A stretch of 64,000 bases of DNA from Candidatus Omnitrophota bacterium (GCA_020632555.1 JACKFI010000005.1:19793-83792), one strand, 5' to 3'; positions 44,186-54,863 are shown, counted from the stretch's first letter. Translations and numbers: made by a program. Notes: generated from the sequence alone by a model not told the origin.

Positions 44186-44656
44186 TTAGTTCACATTCTT
44201 TAATACCAACGTAATACGCTCACCAACACGCATATCTTTCTGCGCGGCTTGGCCAGCACTGATTTCCAAAACATAAGACGCCGGCACGTCAGGTCCATAC
44301 GTCGGGCAAGGATCTTTTTCGCACGGAACAGCCGCGTGTTCAATATAAAGTATTTGTCCCGTATAATCGAGCCACAACATATCCAAAGGAATCAGGGTAT
44401 CTTTCATCCAAAACTTACGGACAGTTCGCCCATCCAAAGCAAAAAGCATACCTGCATTCTTGTCCAGATACTCTCGCTCTTGCAATCCTTTTAGCCTTTC
44501 CTTCTCGGAGATAGCTAACTCAATAACATAACACTGCTTTTTATAACAAGCGAGATTCTCTTTTTCCCGAGAACGACATCCTGAACTAAAAAGCAAAATC
44601 GAGAACAAAAGAAACACCGACACAAATCCAGCAGAATATCTTTTAAATTTTATCAT
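44186..44656 (-). CDS. DUF192 domain protein
   Basis: 'ERLKGLQEREYLDKNAGMLFAL...FWMKDTLIPLDMLWLD...YVLEISAG' matches the DUF192 (COG1430) pattern. Confidence 0.7.
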   Translation of the reverse strand: MIKFKRYSAGFVSVFLLFSILLFSSGCRSREKENLACYKKQCYVIELAISEKERLKGLQEREYLDKNAGMLFALDGRTVRKFWMKDTLIPLDMLWLDYTGQILYIEHAAVPCEKDPCPTYGPDVPASYVLEISAGQAAQKDMRVGERITLVLKNVN

Positions 44657-45429
44657 TCGTTGTCACTTCCGATTAAGTTTAAATAATCACGAAAACTCGT
44701 TTCACCAGTTACCGCTTTATTAACAACCGCCATTCGCTCCTTAGGATACGGATGCGTGCGAAAATAATTAACCTGACGCAGTGAAGATTTCTCCTCTTCG
44801 GCCTGTAAAACTTCTAATACCGCCGTCATCTTACTGGGATCAAACCCGGCTTTACGCGTATATTTTACCGCTAATTCATCCGCTTCAAATTCATCTTCGC
44901 GCGAATAAGCAAAATACAGTGTTGTCAAAATCGCATTCACTCCTTGCGCTAACTCGGCATCACCCGAGCCGATACTGGCAATTTGCATCAAAGTATATCC
45001 GTAAGATTTCTGAATACGCTTTAAAGAATGTTTAGCAGTAATATGTCCAATTTCATGTCCCAAAACACCAGCAATTTCATCATCGTCTTTTAATTTATCA
45101 AGCAAACCTTTATAAATATAAACATAACCGCCGGGAATACTAAAAGCATTGACCGTCTCATCATCAATAATCCTAACGGTGAAAACCAAATCTTTGCGAT
45201 CACAAACCTTAACCAAACGGTCAAAGATGGAGCGAACTCTTGTGTTAATGTCTAAATCTGCAACAAATTTTGTTTCTTTTTCAATTTGCGCGGCAACCGC
45301 ATTGCCTAAGTTGATTTCTTTTTCACTGCCATAAAGCAATCGCTCTTCTTTACCAGTCGCCAGATTGTATTCACTGGTGCAACCAGCCAACATAATCAAA
45401 ACAAAAAATAACGAATAAAGTCTCTTCAT
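44653..45429 (-). CDS. M48-family zinc metalloprotease lipoprotein
   Basis: Lipobox LAGC and the zinc motif 'GVLGHEIGHITAKH'. Confidence 0.8.
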   Translation of the reverse strand: MKRLYSLFFVLIMLAGCTSEYNLATGKEERLLYGSEKEINLGNAVAAQIEKETKFVADLDINTRVRSIFDRLVKVCDRKDLVFTVRIIDDETVNAFSIPGGYVYIYKGLLDKLKDDDEIAGVLGHEIGHITAKHSLKRIQKSYGYTLMQIASIGSGDAELAQGVNAILTTLYFAYSREDEFEADELAVKYTRKAGFDPSKMTAVLEVLQAEEEKSSLRQVNYFRTHPYPKERMAVVNKAVTGETSFRDYLNLIGSDNE

Positions 45430-45455
45430 GTCTAACCTAACCTCACCTCAGCAGA

Positions 45456-46034
45456 TTACAATATTGACACACCAAACGTCTTTAACATCACTCGCAATCT
45501 CGGTAAAGGCAAACCAATCACATTGCTGTAACACCCTTCAATACGCCGAATAAAAAGCCCGCCGCGGCCTTCAATATCAAAACCACCAGCCTTATCCAAT
45601 GGATTCGTATGTTTATGATATGCCGCAATCTCTGCGTCTGAAAGTTTTTGCATAAAGAGCTTGGTTTTTTCATAATCCACAATCATCTGCCCCGACGACG
45701 CGTCAATGATCGCAACTCCCGTATAAACCCAATGCGGGCCAGAACACAAAACACGCAAAATTCGTTTCGCATCTGCTAAATCTTTGGGTTTACCAATAAT
45801 CCGTCGATGACCCGCATAAACCAAGGTATCCGCGCCGATCACCAAACCTTCTTTCACACGACTGGCGACATCTTGTGCTTTCAAAACAGCATTATGCTTA
45901 ACCAAACCCGAACAATTGGCGGTAATTTTGTGCAACTCTTCAGCACCGCTGCGCACCACACGAAATTTTACCCCAGCCATAGCCAATAACTTTTTACGCT
46001 GAGCTGAAGCTGACGCCAAAATAATCTTCTGCAT
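45456..46034 (-). CDS. maf: Maf-like nucleoside triphosphate pyrophosphatase
   Basis: 'IILASASAQRKKLL', 'GADTLV' and 'DKAGGFDIEG' are Maf-family motifs. The start is taken at MQKII. Confidence 0.85.
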   Translation of the reverse strand: MQKIILASASAQRKKLLAMAGVKFRVVRSGAEELHKITANCSGLVKHNAVLKAQDVASRVKEGLVIGADTLVYAGHRRIIGKPKDLADAKRILRVLCSGPHWVYTGVAIIDASSGQMIVDYEKTKLFMQKLSDAEIAAYHKHTNPLDKAGGFDIEGRGGLFIRRIEGCYSNVIGLPLPRLRVMLKTFGVSIL

Positions 46035-46123
46035 TAATATTATCCCTAATCTTCCATTCAAAATGATTTTAAATAACCTTTTATGGGACGTTGCGAATAC
46101 GAGCGTGCATGGTTCCCGCCCTC

Positions 46124-46540
46124 TTATTCATCCCAGGCAATGGACTCAGCCGGCGGCATATTCTCTGCAACTTCTCCGCGGGCAATGGGCTGTGATCCAC
46201 CGCCGGAAGAATCATCTTTTTTCTTAGCCAAAAAATGCACATTGTTAGCCGAGATCCGTACACGACTTTGGGTCTTGCCATCTTTTTCCCAACGATCTTG
46301 TTTTAAGCGTCCTTCGACAATAACGCCACTGCCGCGGGTCAAATACTTGGCACAATTTTCACCGACCACACCCCACACTTCCACATCAAAATACGAAACC
46401 TCAGAAACCTTTTCTCCGTTCTTTGTATAAATCCGATTATTAGCAATCGACATGCTGCATACCGATTTGCCTGCTGGCGTATATTTCAATTCAGGATCAC
46501 GCGTCAAATTGCCCATGATATTTACACTATTTAGACTCAT
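46124..46540 (-). CDS. ssb: single-stranded DNA-binding protein
   Basis: 'MSLNSVNIMGNLTRDPELKYTPAGKSVCSMSIA' OB-fold N-terminus, a Gly-rich linker and an acidic C-terminus. Confidence 0.85.
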   Translation of the reverse strand: MSLNSVNIMGNLTRDPELKYTPAGKSVCSMSIANNRIYTKNGEKVSEVSYFDVEVWGVVGENCAKYLTRGSGVIVEGRLKQDRWEKDGKTQSRVRISANNVHFLAKKKDDSSGGGSQPIARGEVAENMPPAESIAWDE

Positions 46541-46555
46541 TGCTATTCCCTTCGT

Positions 46556-47116
46556 TTATGATTTTAAAAATTCTTCAGCTTTAAAAATGGAAATCAATTC
46601 GCAGCCCCGCGCTTTGAGCGCTTCGCGTCCGCCTTCATTGCGATCAATCAGACAAACGCATTTCTTGACCTTAATTCCCATTTTGTCCAGCACATCTAAA
46701 GATTCAATAAAAGCTTTACCCGTCGTGGCCACATCATCAATCAAAATCACAGTGCCTCCGTCAGGAATAATCGGACCTTCGATTTGCTGCTGTTTACCGT
46801 GTGACTTCGGTGCTTTGCGAATAATAAAAGTATTGTACGGCCGGCCAGCTTCAAAAGACAAAACACCCAAAGCTCCGACCAAGGGATCCGCGCCCAAGGT
46901 CGGGCCGCCAATAGCCGCGAATTGATCATTCTTAATCAAATCCAAAATAATCTTCGCGCACAAATAAGCCCCTTCAGCTTTAAGTGTTACCCGCCGAGCA
47001 TCCAGATAATAATCGCTTTCCTTGCCTGATGACAAAATAATCTTTCCTAAGAAAAACGCCTCCTTTTTCAAAATAGCAAATAAGCGTTGTTTGTCCTCTT
47101 GTATACTCTGTGTCAT
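46556..47116 (-). CDS. pyrE: orotate phosphoribosyltransferase
   Basis: PRPP-binding motif 'VILIDDVATTGKA'. The size and the 'LSSGKESDYYLD' N-terminal motif fit PyrE. Confidence 0.85.
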   Translation of the reverse strand: MTQSIQEDKQRLFAILKKEAFFLGKIILSSGKESDYYLDARRVTLKAEGAYLCAKIILDLIKNDQFAAIGGPTLGADPLVGALGVLSFEAGRPYNTFIIRKAPKSHGKQQQIEGPIIPDGGTVILIDDVATTGKAFIESLDVLDKMGIKVKKCVCLIDRNEGGREALKARGCELISIFKAEEFLKS

Positions 47117-47128
47117 ACCAACCCTTTC

Positions 47129-47455
47129 TTAATTAACTTGCTGTTCAATCGCGGGAACATCAAGCTTGCGACGCTGAAGCTCACTTTTAAGTTCATAACG
47201 AAAACGTAATAAATTTTTATACTCCTGATATTCTTTGGGGCTAAACCCGGAGGTTTTGTGAAACATCTCAATCGCTTCAAGTTCAATAACGGCATCAACA
47301 TACAAAGCTGCCAAAGCCGTGTCACTCAACTTAACAATTTCTTGGGTATCCAATACAGTAACCGCGCTGGGATAAGAAAAACCTGTTGAGGGAAATAATC
47401 CACCACTCAATACAGCAGTCATCATCACTAAACCAACCAAATGTCTTTTGAGCAT
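47129..47455 (-). CDS. hypothetical secreted protein
   Basis: 108-aa ORF with a signal peptide. No motif was recognised. Confidence 0.4.
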   Translation of the reverse strand: MLKRHLVGLVMMTAVLSGGLFPSTGFSYPSAVTVLDTQEIVKLSDTALAALYVDAVIELEAIEMFHKTSGFSPKEYQEYKNLLRFRYELKSELQRRKLDVPAIEQQVN

Positions 47456-47590
47456 TGCTTTATCCTTTGTTAATACCAGAAATTCTTATTTCTTAATCAA
47501 ACGCGAGCTATTATACGCATAAAAGTCTTTTGCTTCAAAGAATTTATCCGTAATGGACAAATATGGTACCGTGGTGATAGAATCACAATC

Positions 47591-48349
47591 GTGATTCGAG
47601 ATCTTTTGGCTGGTTTTACTGATCTTGTCTACCCCGCCTGTTGTATTCTCTGCAAAAATCATTTGGGCCCGCTGGAGAAAACACCACAGCTTTGCTTTGC
47701 CTGCCAAAGCAAACTCGAAAAAAACCACCCCCCTTTTTGCCGCCGCTGTTCACGCCCGCTGGAAAACCCTGCCCACCATTTTTGTCGCAATTGCCAAACC
47801 ATGCCTTTGGAATTTAACCAAGCCTGGGGCGTCTTTCTCTATATTGGCACCATGCAAAAGCTGCTGCATCTTTTCAAATATGGCCACAAAACCAGCTTGC
47901 GTCATTTTTTCTTTCATCAAATCAATGTTTTTTCTCAACATTACAACTTAAACATTTCCGCGCATGATTTGATTGTTCCCATTCCTCTCCACTCTACCCG
48001 CCAACGCGAACGAGGTTACAATCAAAGCCTGTTGATCGCGCGCATGCTCAGTGAAGAATTCAACATCCCTTTGATCAATGACAATTTGATCCGTGTCCGC
48101 CACACCCCCAATCAAGCCCGTTTAAGCCAAAAAGAACGCTGGACAAACATAGAGGCCGCATTTAAAATGAATCGTCCCAATACGTTCCGTCACAAAAACA
48201 TTCTCCTCGTCGACGATTTGTACACAACAGGAGCGACGGTTTCGCAAGCGGCTAAAGTTTTAAAAACCGCCCAAGCAAAAACAATAAACGTATTGACCAT
48301 AGCAATCGCGGCCCAAGCCCAAACACAAAATAACAATAAACAGCAATAA
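47591..48349 (+). CDS. comF: ComF-family protein (phosphoribosyltransferase-like)
   Basis: N-terminal Cys-rich zinc-finger region (CxxC pairs) and the C-terminal PRT motif 'ILLVDDLYTTGAT'. Confidence 0.75.
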   Translation: MIRDLLAGFTDLVYPACCILCKNHLGPLEKTPQLCFACQSKLEKNHPPFCRRCSRPLENPAHHFCRNCQTMPLEFNQAWGVFLYIGTMQKLLHLFKYGHKTSLRHFFFHQINVFSQHYNLNISAHDLIVPIPLHSTRQRERGYNQSLLIARMLSEEFNIPLINDNLIRVRHTPNQARLSQKERWTNIEAAFKMNRPNTFRHKNILLVDDLYTTGATVSQAAKVLKTAQAKTINVLTIAIAAQAQTQNNNKQQ

Positions 48350-48362
48350 CACAACTTTTATA

Positions 48363-49460
48363 ATGCGAATCCTTCGCAACTATATTTTAACCGAATGCAT
48401 TCTCCCTTTTTTTCTAGCTTTGGGCGTCTTAACGTCTGTCTTTCTTTTGGGTAATCTTATTCAATTAGCAAATTTGGTCATCAATAAAGGTGTCAGCGCC
48501 GCGATCATCGGGAAAGTTTTTCTTTTGTCCGTGCCAACGCTTTTAGGCTACACCTTACCCCTGGCGTGTTTGGTGGGTATCACTCTGGCCTTTAGCCGCT
48601 TGTCCGCGGACAATGAAATCATCGCCATCCGTGCCAGCGGGATTTATCTCTTAAAACTCTTTGTCCCTTTTTTGACCATCGGCATTATTTTTAGCTTGCT
48701 GCTTTTCATCTTAACTGATCGTGTCATTCCATATTCTTATCACGCGCAACGGGTCGCGCTCAAAACACTGGGAACCAGCAACCCCACCGCGCTTTTAGAA
48801 CCCGGTGTTTTTATTACAGCCTTTGAAAAACAAATTCTTTTTATTCATCGCATTGAAGATAATCGATTCTACAATATTACCATTTATCAACCTCAACCCA
48901 ACGGCAAGCCAACACGAACCATCGTCGCCAAAAGAGGAGAATTTAGTCCTGTGCCGGATCAGGACAAAATCCTTCTTAAACTCATTGACGGCACATCCGA
49001 TGAACCAGACCTGCAAAATCCCAACAATTTCTACAAACTCAATTTTCAGAAATTCTTTATGACTTTGGATTTGTCAACGGACAGTAAAAAGAAAATCACT
49101 AAAAAACCAAAAGGCATGTCTTTAAGAGAGCTCTTGGCGGAACAAAAACAACTGGAAAACCTGTCGATCAAAAAATCTTATTTAAAAACCGAATATTGGC
49201 GCAAAATCACGTGGGCCTTTTCTCCGCTAATTTTTATCGCTTTGGGTTTTCCGGTTTCAATCATCACAAACAAAAGAGACAAACGCGCGAAAAATGTTTT
49301 TATCGTGATCGGCTTGGCGGTAACATACTACCTGATGTCTTTGGGTTGTGAAGCTTTAAGCTTACAGCAAGTCGCCCCCGCGCACCTGATCATGTGGGTT
49401 CCCAATGCTATTGGTTTTTTTGCGGCAATTATTCTCAACATCCGTTTATTAAGGACATAA
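48363..49460 (+). CDS. lptF: LPS export ABC permease LptF (YjgP/YjgQ family)
   Basis: 'ILRNYILTECILPFFLAL' N-terminus, six TM helices and a periplasmic beta-jellyroll-size insert. It is paired with a second family member. Confidence 0.75.
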   Translation: MRILRNYILTECILPFFLALGVLTSVFLLGNLIQLANLVINKGVSAAIIGKVFLLSVPTLLGYTLPLACLVGITLAFSRLSADNEIIAIRASGIYLLKLFVPFLTIGIIFSLLLFILTDRVIPYSYHAQRVALKTLGTSNPTALLEPGVFITAFEKQILFIHRIEDNRFYNITIYQPQPNGKPTRTIVAKRGEFSPVPDQDKILLKLIDGTSDEPDLQNPNNFYKLNFQKFFMTLDLSTDSKKKITKKPKGMSLRELLAEQKQLENLSIKKSYLKTEYWRKITWAFSPLIFIALGFPVSIITNKRDKRAKNVFIVIGLAVTYYLMSLGCEALSLQQVAPAHLIMWVPNAIGFFAAIILNIRLLRT

Positions 49461-49461
49461 C

Positions 49462-50565
49462 ATGCGCATCGTTGACCGCTACATCACTTCTTCCATCGCC
49501 TTTGTTTTTTTGGTCATCACTTTGATGTTTTCACTTTTGTTTATCCTCATCAACACCACCAGCAATCTCGACGAATTTATCGCGCAAAAAGTTTCAATTC
49601 CGATTATTTTGCAATACAATTTGGCCAGTTTGCCAACGATTTTGGTTGAAACATCTCCCATCACTTTCTTAATCGCGGTAATGTTTTGTTATTCAAGCCT
49701 TAATAATCACAATGAAATCATCGCTTTGCGCGCCAGCGGCATGAATTTTTGGCGCATCGCCCGGCCAGCCATTTTTCTGGCCATCTTTATCGCCGGACTT
49801 GTCTTATTTACCAATGAACGCTATGTTCCCCAAGCGCAAATTTACGCGCAGAAAATCCGCGACGAACACATCATCTTAGAAGTTGACCGCATAAAAAAGA
49901 CAATGGCAAAAATCGAATATTTAACCTATTACGGTTTTAAAAACCGCCTTTATTGCATTGATTCTTATGACCCCAACACCTATGAAATGGAAGGCATCAC
50001 CATTCATGAATACAATGAACATATGCAATTACGCGAAAAAACCATGGCCCTCAAAGGCCGCTGGACGGGCATCGCGTGGAAATTTTATAATGTTTATATC
50101 AGCACCATCCTCGACCAAACAAGCGGCGAGGCGGCCATCAAATCTGTCGGCGAAAAACTGATGGACATCAAAGAATCCCCACAGGATTTCTTACGTCAAA
50201 GCTTAAACGTCAATGCGATGAACAGCCGTCAACTCTATCAATACATCAGCCGTTTTTCAAAAAGCGGCGCGCTGAAAGCCATCAATAATTTGCATGTCGA
50301 CTTGCACGCTAAAATGGCCAAACCATTTTCGATTATTGTGATTGTTTTAGCTGGTTTGCCGCTGGCCCTGATGGTCGGTCGACGCAAAGCACAAACATTT
50401 ACCGCTCTTGCCCTTGCTATCGGTTTGGCATTTCTCTATGCAGTCGTTAATTCTGTGGGGATTGCCTTAGGGAAAGGCGGAGTTTTATGGCCAATTGTCG
50501 CCGCCTGGCTGGCACCGGTTCTGTTTACCGGATTAGCCGCATATTTGATTCGAACAAAATTCTAA
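49462..50565 (+). CDS. lptG: LPS export ABC permease LptG (YjgP/YjgQ family)
   Basis: 'RIVDRYITSSIAFVFL' N-terminus. Same architecture as LptF. Its start abuts the lptF stop. Confidence 0.75.
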   Translation: MRIVDRYITSSIAFVFLVITLMFSLLFILINTTSNLDEFIAQKVSIPIILQYNLASLPTILVETSPITFLIAVMFCYSSLNNHNEIIALRASGMNFWRIARPAIFLAIFIAGLVLFTNERYVPQAQIYAQKIRDEHIILEVDRIKKTMAKIEYLTYYGFKNRLYCIDSYDPNTYEMEGITIHEYNEHMQLREKTMALKGRWTGIAWKFYNVYISTILDQTSGEAAIKSVGEKLMDIKESPQDFLRQSLNVNAMNSRQLYQYISRFSKSGALKAINNLHVDLHAKMAKPFSIIVIVLAGLPLALMVGRRKAQTFTALALAIGLAFLYAVVNSVGIALGKGGVLWPIVAAWLAPVLFTGLAAYLIRTKF

Positions 50566-50572
50566 AAAAACG

Positions 50573-51712
50573 CTAAGAATGATACTCACGCTCTAAACGA
50601 TTGCCCAAGTTGCAAACAATTTCATAATTGATCGTGCCAGCAAAAACACCAAGTTCTTCAGCTGATATTTTATTTTTCTTGTCTGCTCCAAGAACGACCG
50701 CAATGTCCCCGGCTTTAACTTTCTTAACAGCCGTCACATCAACCATAATCTGATCCATCGTCACATTGCCCAAAACCGGACAACGCTGATCCGCAATCAA
50801 TACGTACGCTTTATTTGAAAGACTGCGAAAATAGCCGTCGCTATAACCAATAGCCAAGGTAGCGACTTTACGATCTTTCTTAGCAACATAGGTATGCCCG
50901 TAGCTGACCCCGCGCCCCTTTTGTAAAATCTTCACATACAGCACGTGTGTTTTAACACTCATCACGGGTTTTAATTTAATTTTTTTGCGCAACTCTTCCC
51001 GAGGATAAAGTCCGTATAACATCAATCCGGGCCGTGCCATATTCAAAATACCACCTAAACCTCCGCGCAATTTATGTGGAATTGCCAACAAACCCACGCT
51101 GTTAGCCGCGTGAATATAACGAACGCATTGCTTCAAATCACCCAATGCCTCTGTCAGATTCGTCAAATGCTTTAATTGTTGCCGAGTATAATTTGAATCG
51201 CTATCTGCCAAAGGAAAATGTGTAAATACCCCCTCAACAATGAGATTAGGAAAACCACTGACCAAACGAATAAATTCGGCGGCTTCTAAATGCCAAACGC
51301 CCAGCCGTCCCATGCCCGTATCAACCTTAATATGAACTTTAACTTTTTGTCCTCGGTCGCCCGCTTCTTTATTCAAAGCCCGCGCCAATTCCAAGGTGCA
51401 TACCGACGGTGTTAAGCCGCACGTCACAATATCCGCAACAAAGGCCGGCAAAGGACTTTCCAAAAGCAAAATATCATTTTTAAAACCATATCGCCGCAAT
51501 TCCATGCCCTCAACGACATCGGAAACACCAAAAATTTTAGCCCCCAATCGGTCTAAAACATCGGCGACAGCAATCATCCCGTGTCCGTAAGCGTCAGCTT
51601 TAATGACCGGTAGAATTTCGACAGCATTTTTCTTTAAAACTTTAAAATTGTGCCGCAAAGCCGCACAATCAATTTCAACCCACGAAAGAAATGGCTCTGG
51701 AGATTTTTTCAT
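50573..51712 (-). CDS. alr: alanine racemase
   Basis: PLP-lysine motif 'VIKADAYGHG'. The start is taken at the ATG that forms an ATGA overlap with the tsaB stop. Confidence 0.9.
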   Translation of the reverse strand: MKKSPEPFLSWVEIDCAALRHNFKVLKKNAVEILPVIKADAYGHGMIAVADVLDRLGAKIFGVSDVVEGMELRRYGFKNDILLLESPLPAFVADIVTCGLTPSVCTLELARALNKEAGDRGQKVKVHIKVDTGMGRLGVWHLEAAEFIRLVSGFPNLIVEGVFTHFPLADSDSNYTRQQLKHLTNLTEALGDLKQCVRYIHAANSVGLLAIPHKLRGGLGGILNMARPGLMLYGLYPREELRKKIKLKPVMSVKTHVLYVKILQKGRGVSYGHTYVAKKDRKVATLAIGYSDGYFRSLSNKAYVLIADQRCPVLGNVTMDQIMVDVTAVKKVKAGDIAVVLGADKKNKISAEELGVFAGTINYEIVCNLGNRLEREYHS

Positions 51713-52401
51713 CGCTGCACCTGACAATCTTCCGGGTACAAATACAAAGGAACCAATTTATTTAAATCAGCAAACTTTTTCTTTTTCAAAGGCTCTTGCG
51801 CCAAGGCCATCAAATTCTTCGCGCTGGGATATGATTTGGTTGACGCGGCAAAATTTACAATAATTTTCTGATCACTTGCGACAGAATACTTTTCAATATC
51901 TGCCTGATATAAGGCCACCGCGTCACCAACAAAAATTGTTTTGGTCTGTATTCTAGCAAGCAAAGCACTCAAAGGTGTTAATAAATATTCACTTTTTCGT
52001 TTAAGCTTACCCTTCACATTTTCATAAAGACACGCATAAACCAGATTGCGACGCGCATCGCATAAAACACAAATCTGCTGGTCCGTTTGGCCAACATTAA
52101 AAGCAATCGCGTCCAAACTGGTAATACCAATCACCGGTTTGTTCGCCGCAAAAGCCAAACCTTTGACCGTTGCCATACCAACGCGCAAACTGGTAAAAGA
52201 ACCCGGACCCAAACCAATCACCAGCGCATCCAACTTCGCCAGAGTCAATTTAGAATCAGTCAAAATGCGGTCAATCGCCGGAATAATAGAATCAGATAAT
52301 ATTTTATTCAGCACCATCGTTCGACTTTTGACAATCTGTTGACCGTCACCAGTTGCCAAACTAAAGCGCTTAGAAGATGTTTCCAGAGCTAAAACTTTCA
52401 T
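51709..52401 (-). CDS. tsaB: tRNA t6A37 biosynthesis protein TsaB
   Basis: 'KVLALETSS', 'GPGSFTSLRVGMATVKGLA' and the size are typical of TsaB (YeaZ). Confidence 0.85.
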   Translation of the reverse strand: MKVLALETSSKRFSLATGDGQQIVKSRTMVLNKILSDSIIPAIDRILTDSKLTLAKLDALVIGLGPGSFTSLRVGMATVKGLAFAANKPVIGITSLDAIAFNVGQTDQQICVLCDARRNLVYACLYENVKGKLKRKSEYLLTPLSALLARIQTKTIFVGDAVALYQADIEKYSVASDQKIIVNFAASTKSYPSAKNLMALAQEPLKKKKFADLNKLVPLYLYPEDCQVQR

Positions 52402-52862
52402 TTCTGCAATGCTCCCATTAAATCTTGATAACGTTTCCCGTGAGCGGTGAACTTGAGAATACGCTTTTGTTCTCCTTCATCCGACAAATCAATAGCCAAA
52501 TATTCCGGCGGCATCAGAGAACCAAAACGCTCTGACCATTCAATCACCGCAATGCCATTTCCATAAAGAAACTCATCATACCCAATACCGCCAATTTCTT
52601 TAGGGTCCTCCAAACGATAGAAATCAAAATGATACAAAGATACGCGCCCTTCGTACACATTCATAATCACAAAAGTCGGACTATTCACCTTGTTCTCGTC
52701 GATTTTAAGCCCCCGCGCCATTCCTTTCACCAAGGTCGTCTTGCCACTGCCCAAATTGCCCGATAAACAAATAATCTCCCCGCCTTTACACTGAGCAGCT
52801 AAACACTCCCCGAGCATTTGCGTCTGATCAGGAGTATACGTTGTGATCGACAGTGATTTCAT
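52398..52862 (-). CDS. tsaE: tRNA t6A37 biosynthesis ATPase TsaE
   Basis: 'LSGNLGSGKTTLVKG...SPTFVIMNVY....LYHFDFYRL' is canonical YjeE/TsaE. Confidence 0.85.
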   Translation of the reverse strand: MKSLSITTYTPDQTQMLGECLAAQCKGGEIICLSGNLGSGKTTLVKGMARGLKIDENKVNSPTFVIMNVYEGRVSLYHFDFYRLEDPKEIGGIGYDEFLYGNGIAVIEWSERFGSLMPPEYLAIDLSDEGEQKRILKFTAHGKRYQDLMGALQK

Positions 52863-53758
52863 TAAAAATGAGTGAATCCTTGTGCTGGTATCAATCGGAT
52901 GTCGTCATTCTTTTGACGGACATATAATTTGTTTTGATCTTTGATGATCGCGCCAATTCGAAAAAATGATTTATTGTTCTGCTTTAACAGTTTATCTGCT
53001 TGATTAGGCCGCACAGTAAAAAGCAATTCAAAGTCTTCGCCATCATACAGTCCCGCCTTAAGACTCGCGCCACGATGCAAAGGAATTTTCTCTTCATCAA
53101 TGACCGCGCCCACACGGCTCTCTTCTAATAAATGCCCCAAATCCCCAGCCAAACCATCAGAAATATCAATCATTGCCGTCGGGCAAAAATTCTTTAGCAA
53201 ATACTGTGCGTGAGCAATCCGCGGAGTAAATGTCAAATGCCGATCCGACTTGAGAGAACCCCCCAGACAGCCACTAACAAAAATATGATCTCCTACTCGA
53301 GCACCACTGCGAAGAATCGCTCGGCCTTTTGCAACCCTACCTAATAAAGCAATATTAATCACAAAAGTCCGGCTCTTGACAGTGTCACCACCAACAATGC
53401 TCACAGAAAACGCTTTAGCCAAACGATTCAAACCTTGATAAACTTTTCGCACATACGTCGTTGGAGTGTTGGTCGGTAATCCTAAAGAAACAACCGCACA
53501 GGTCGGTGTTCCCCCCATGGCCGCAATATCGCTCAAGTTCCGAGCCAAAGCTTTGCGACCAACAAGATGCGGCAATGTTGATTTTGTAAAATGCGTACCT
53601 TCGACCAAAAGATCTGTCGTCAAAAGCAAATCTTCTCTTGTATTCAAAGGTAAAACCGCCGTATCATCGCCAATACCCGTCTTAACTGCCGAAGAGCAAA
53701 CACAATGCTTGCGCATCCAATCGATCAAAGCCAACTCGCCCGAACACCTAACTTTCAT
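52862..53758 (-). CDS. thiL: thiamine-monophosphate kinase
   Basis: 'GIGDDTAVL', 'LLTTDLLVEGTHF' and 'ALARNLSDIAAMGG' are AIR-synthase-like ThiL motifs. Confidence 0.85.
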   Translation of the reverse strand: MKVRCSGELALIDWMRKHCVCSSAVKTGIGDDTAVLPLNTREDLLLTTDLLVEGTHFTKSTLPHLVGRKALARNLSDIAAMGGTPTCAVVSLGLPTNTPTTYVRKVYQGLNRLAKAFSVSIVGGDTVKSRTFVINIALLGRVAKGRAILRSGARVGDHIFVSGCLGGSLKSDRHLTFTPRIAHAQYLLKNFCPTAMIDISDGLAGDLGHLLEESRVGAVIDEEKIPLHRGASLKAGLYDGEDFELLFTVRPNQADKLLKQNNKSFFRIGAIIKDQNKLYVRQKNDDIRLIPAQGFTHF

Positions 53759-54813
53759 CTAAACGCATCCTTATTCTTAAGAAAGCTGGGCTTTCCCGTC
53801 TTAGGCAGGGGAAGTTTCAATATTCCATTCTCGGTCACAATACCCTCAATCAATGAATGCGGCGTCACGTCAAAAGCAGGGTTAAAAACATTGACTCCTT
53901 TCGGCGCTGTCACCACACCAGCAAACGTTGCAACTTCCTCGCGTTTGCGTTGTTCAATCACAATCCCTTGGCCCGTCGGGGTTTGACAATCAAAAGTCGA
54001 ACGCGGCGCGACAATATAAAATGGAATCCTATGATACTTGGCCAAAACCGCCAAACTGTAAGTTCCAATTTTATTGGCCGCGTCTCCATTGAGCGCGATA
54101 CGGTCCGCGCCAGCAAAAACTCCGTCAATTTTCCCTTGCTGCATCAATGCCCCCGCCATATTGTCACAAATCAGTGTCGTATCAATCTTTGCCCGCAATA
54201 ATTCCCAACACGTCAAACGAGCCCCTTGCAAAAGCGGACGAGTTTCACAACTATAAACTTTAAACGTTTTGCCCGCTTCTTTAGCCGCATAAAAAACACC
54301 CAAGGCCGTTCCATAATCCACCGTTGCCAAAGCCCCAGCATTGCAAACCGTTAAATATGTTCCGCCAGACTTAATCAGTTTCTGACCATTCTTGCCTATT
54401 TGCCGACAAACCCGACGGTCCTCTTGATAAATAGCCAAAGCTTCTCTTTTTAATAAATCTTTCAACTCTCTGACCGAAGCCTGCGGATGTGCAGCCACAA
54501 CCCGCTTCATTTGCGTCAGAACATTAAAAAGGTTCACCGCTGTCGGACGCGATGAACCAATATAATCACACAATTGCAGAAATTCTTTTTCAAACTTTTG
54601 ACGATCAAAACCCTTAAAATTTTTGATCCCCAATAAAACACCAAACCCCGCCGCGACACCCAATGCCGGTGCACCGCGAACCTGCAAAGTCTTAATCGCC
54701 TGCCACAATGTTTTCACGTCACGGCAGATAATATATTTTAAAGTACTCGGAAGCAGCGTTTGATCAATCAGCTTAACCGCACCATTGGACCATGTGAGAG
54801 TTGGAGAATTCAT
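53755..54813 (-). CDS. mtnA: S-methyl-5-thioribose-1-phosphate isomerase (eIF-2B alpha/beta/delta-like)
   Basis: 'VKLIDQTLLP', 'VRGAPALGVAA', 'SRPTAVNL' and 'GADRIALNGDAANKIGTY' are MtnA-family motifs. Confidence 0.8.
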   Translation of the reverse strand: MNSPTLTWSNGAVKLIDQTLLPSTLKYIICRDVKTLWQAIKTLQVRGAPALGVAAGFGVLLGIKNFKGFDRQKFEKEFLQLCDYIGSSRPTAVNLFNVLTQMKRVVAAHPQASVRELKDLLKREALAIYQEDRRVCRQIGKNGQKLIKSGGTYLTVCNAGALATVDYGTALGVFYAAKEAGKTFKVYSCETRPLLQGARLTCWELLRAKIDTTLICDNMAGALMQQGKIDGVFAGADRIALNGDAANKIGTYSLAVLAKYHRIPFYIVAPRSTFDCQTPTGQGIVIEQRKREEVATFAGVVTAPKGVNVFNPAFDVTPHSLIEGIVTENGILKLPLPKTGKPSFLKNKDAFR

Positions 54814-54863
54814 AATTTTATAATTTCTATTTTATGGTGGGTGACGCTTAACCTAATTTCAGT

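Noticed and set aside
46081-46430. ORFs 46081..46281 (-) and 46083..46430 (+) overlapping ssb
   Set aside because: They are alternative-frame or antisense artefacts of the Gly-rich ssb 3' region. ssb itself has canonical OB-fold motifs.
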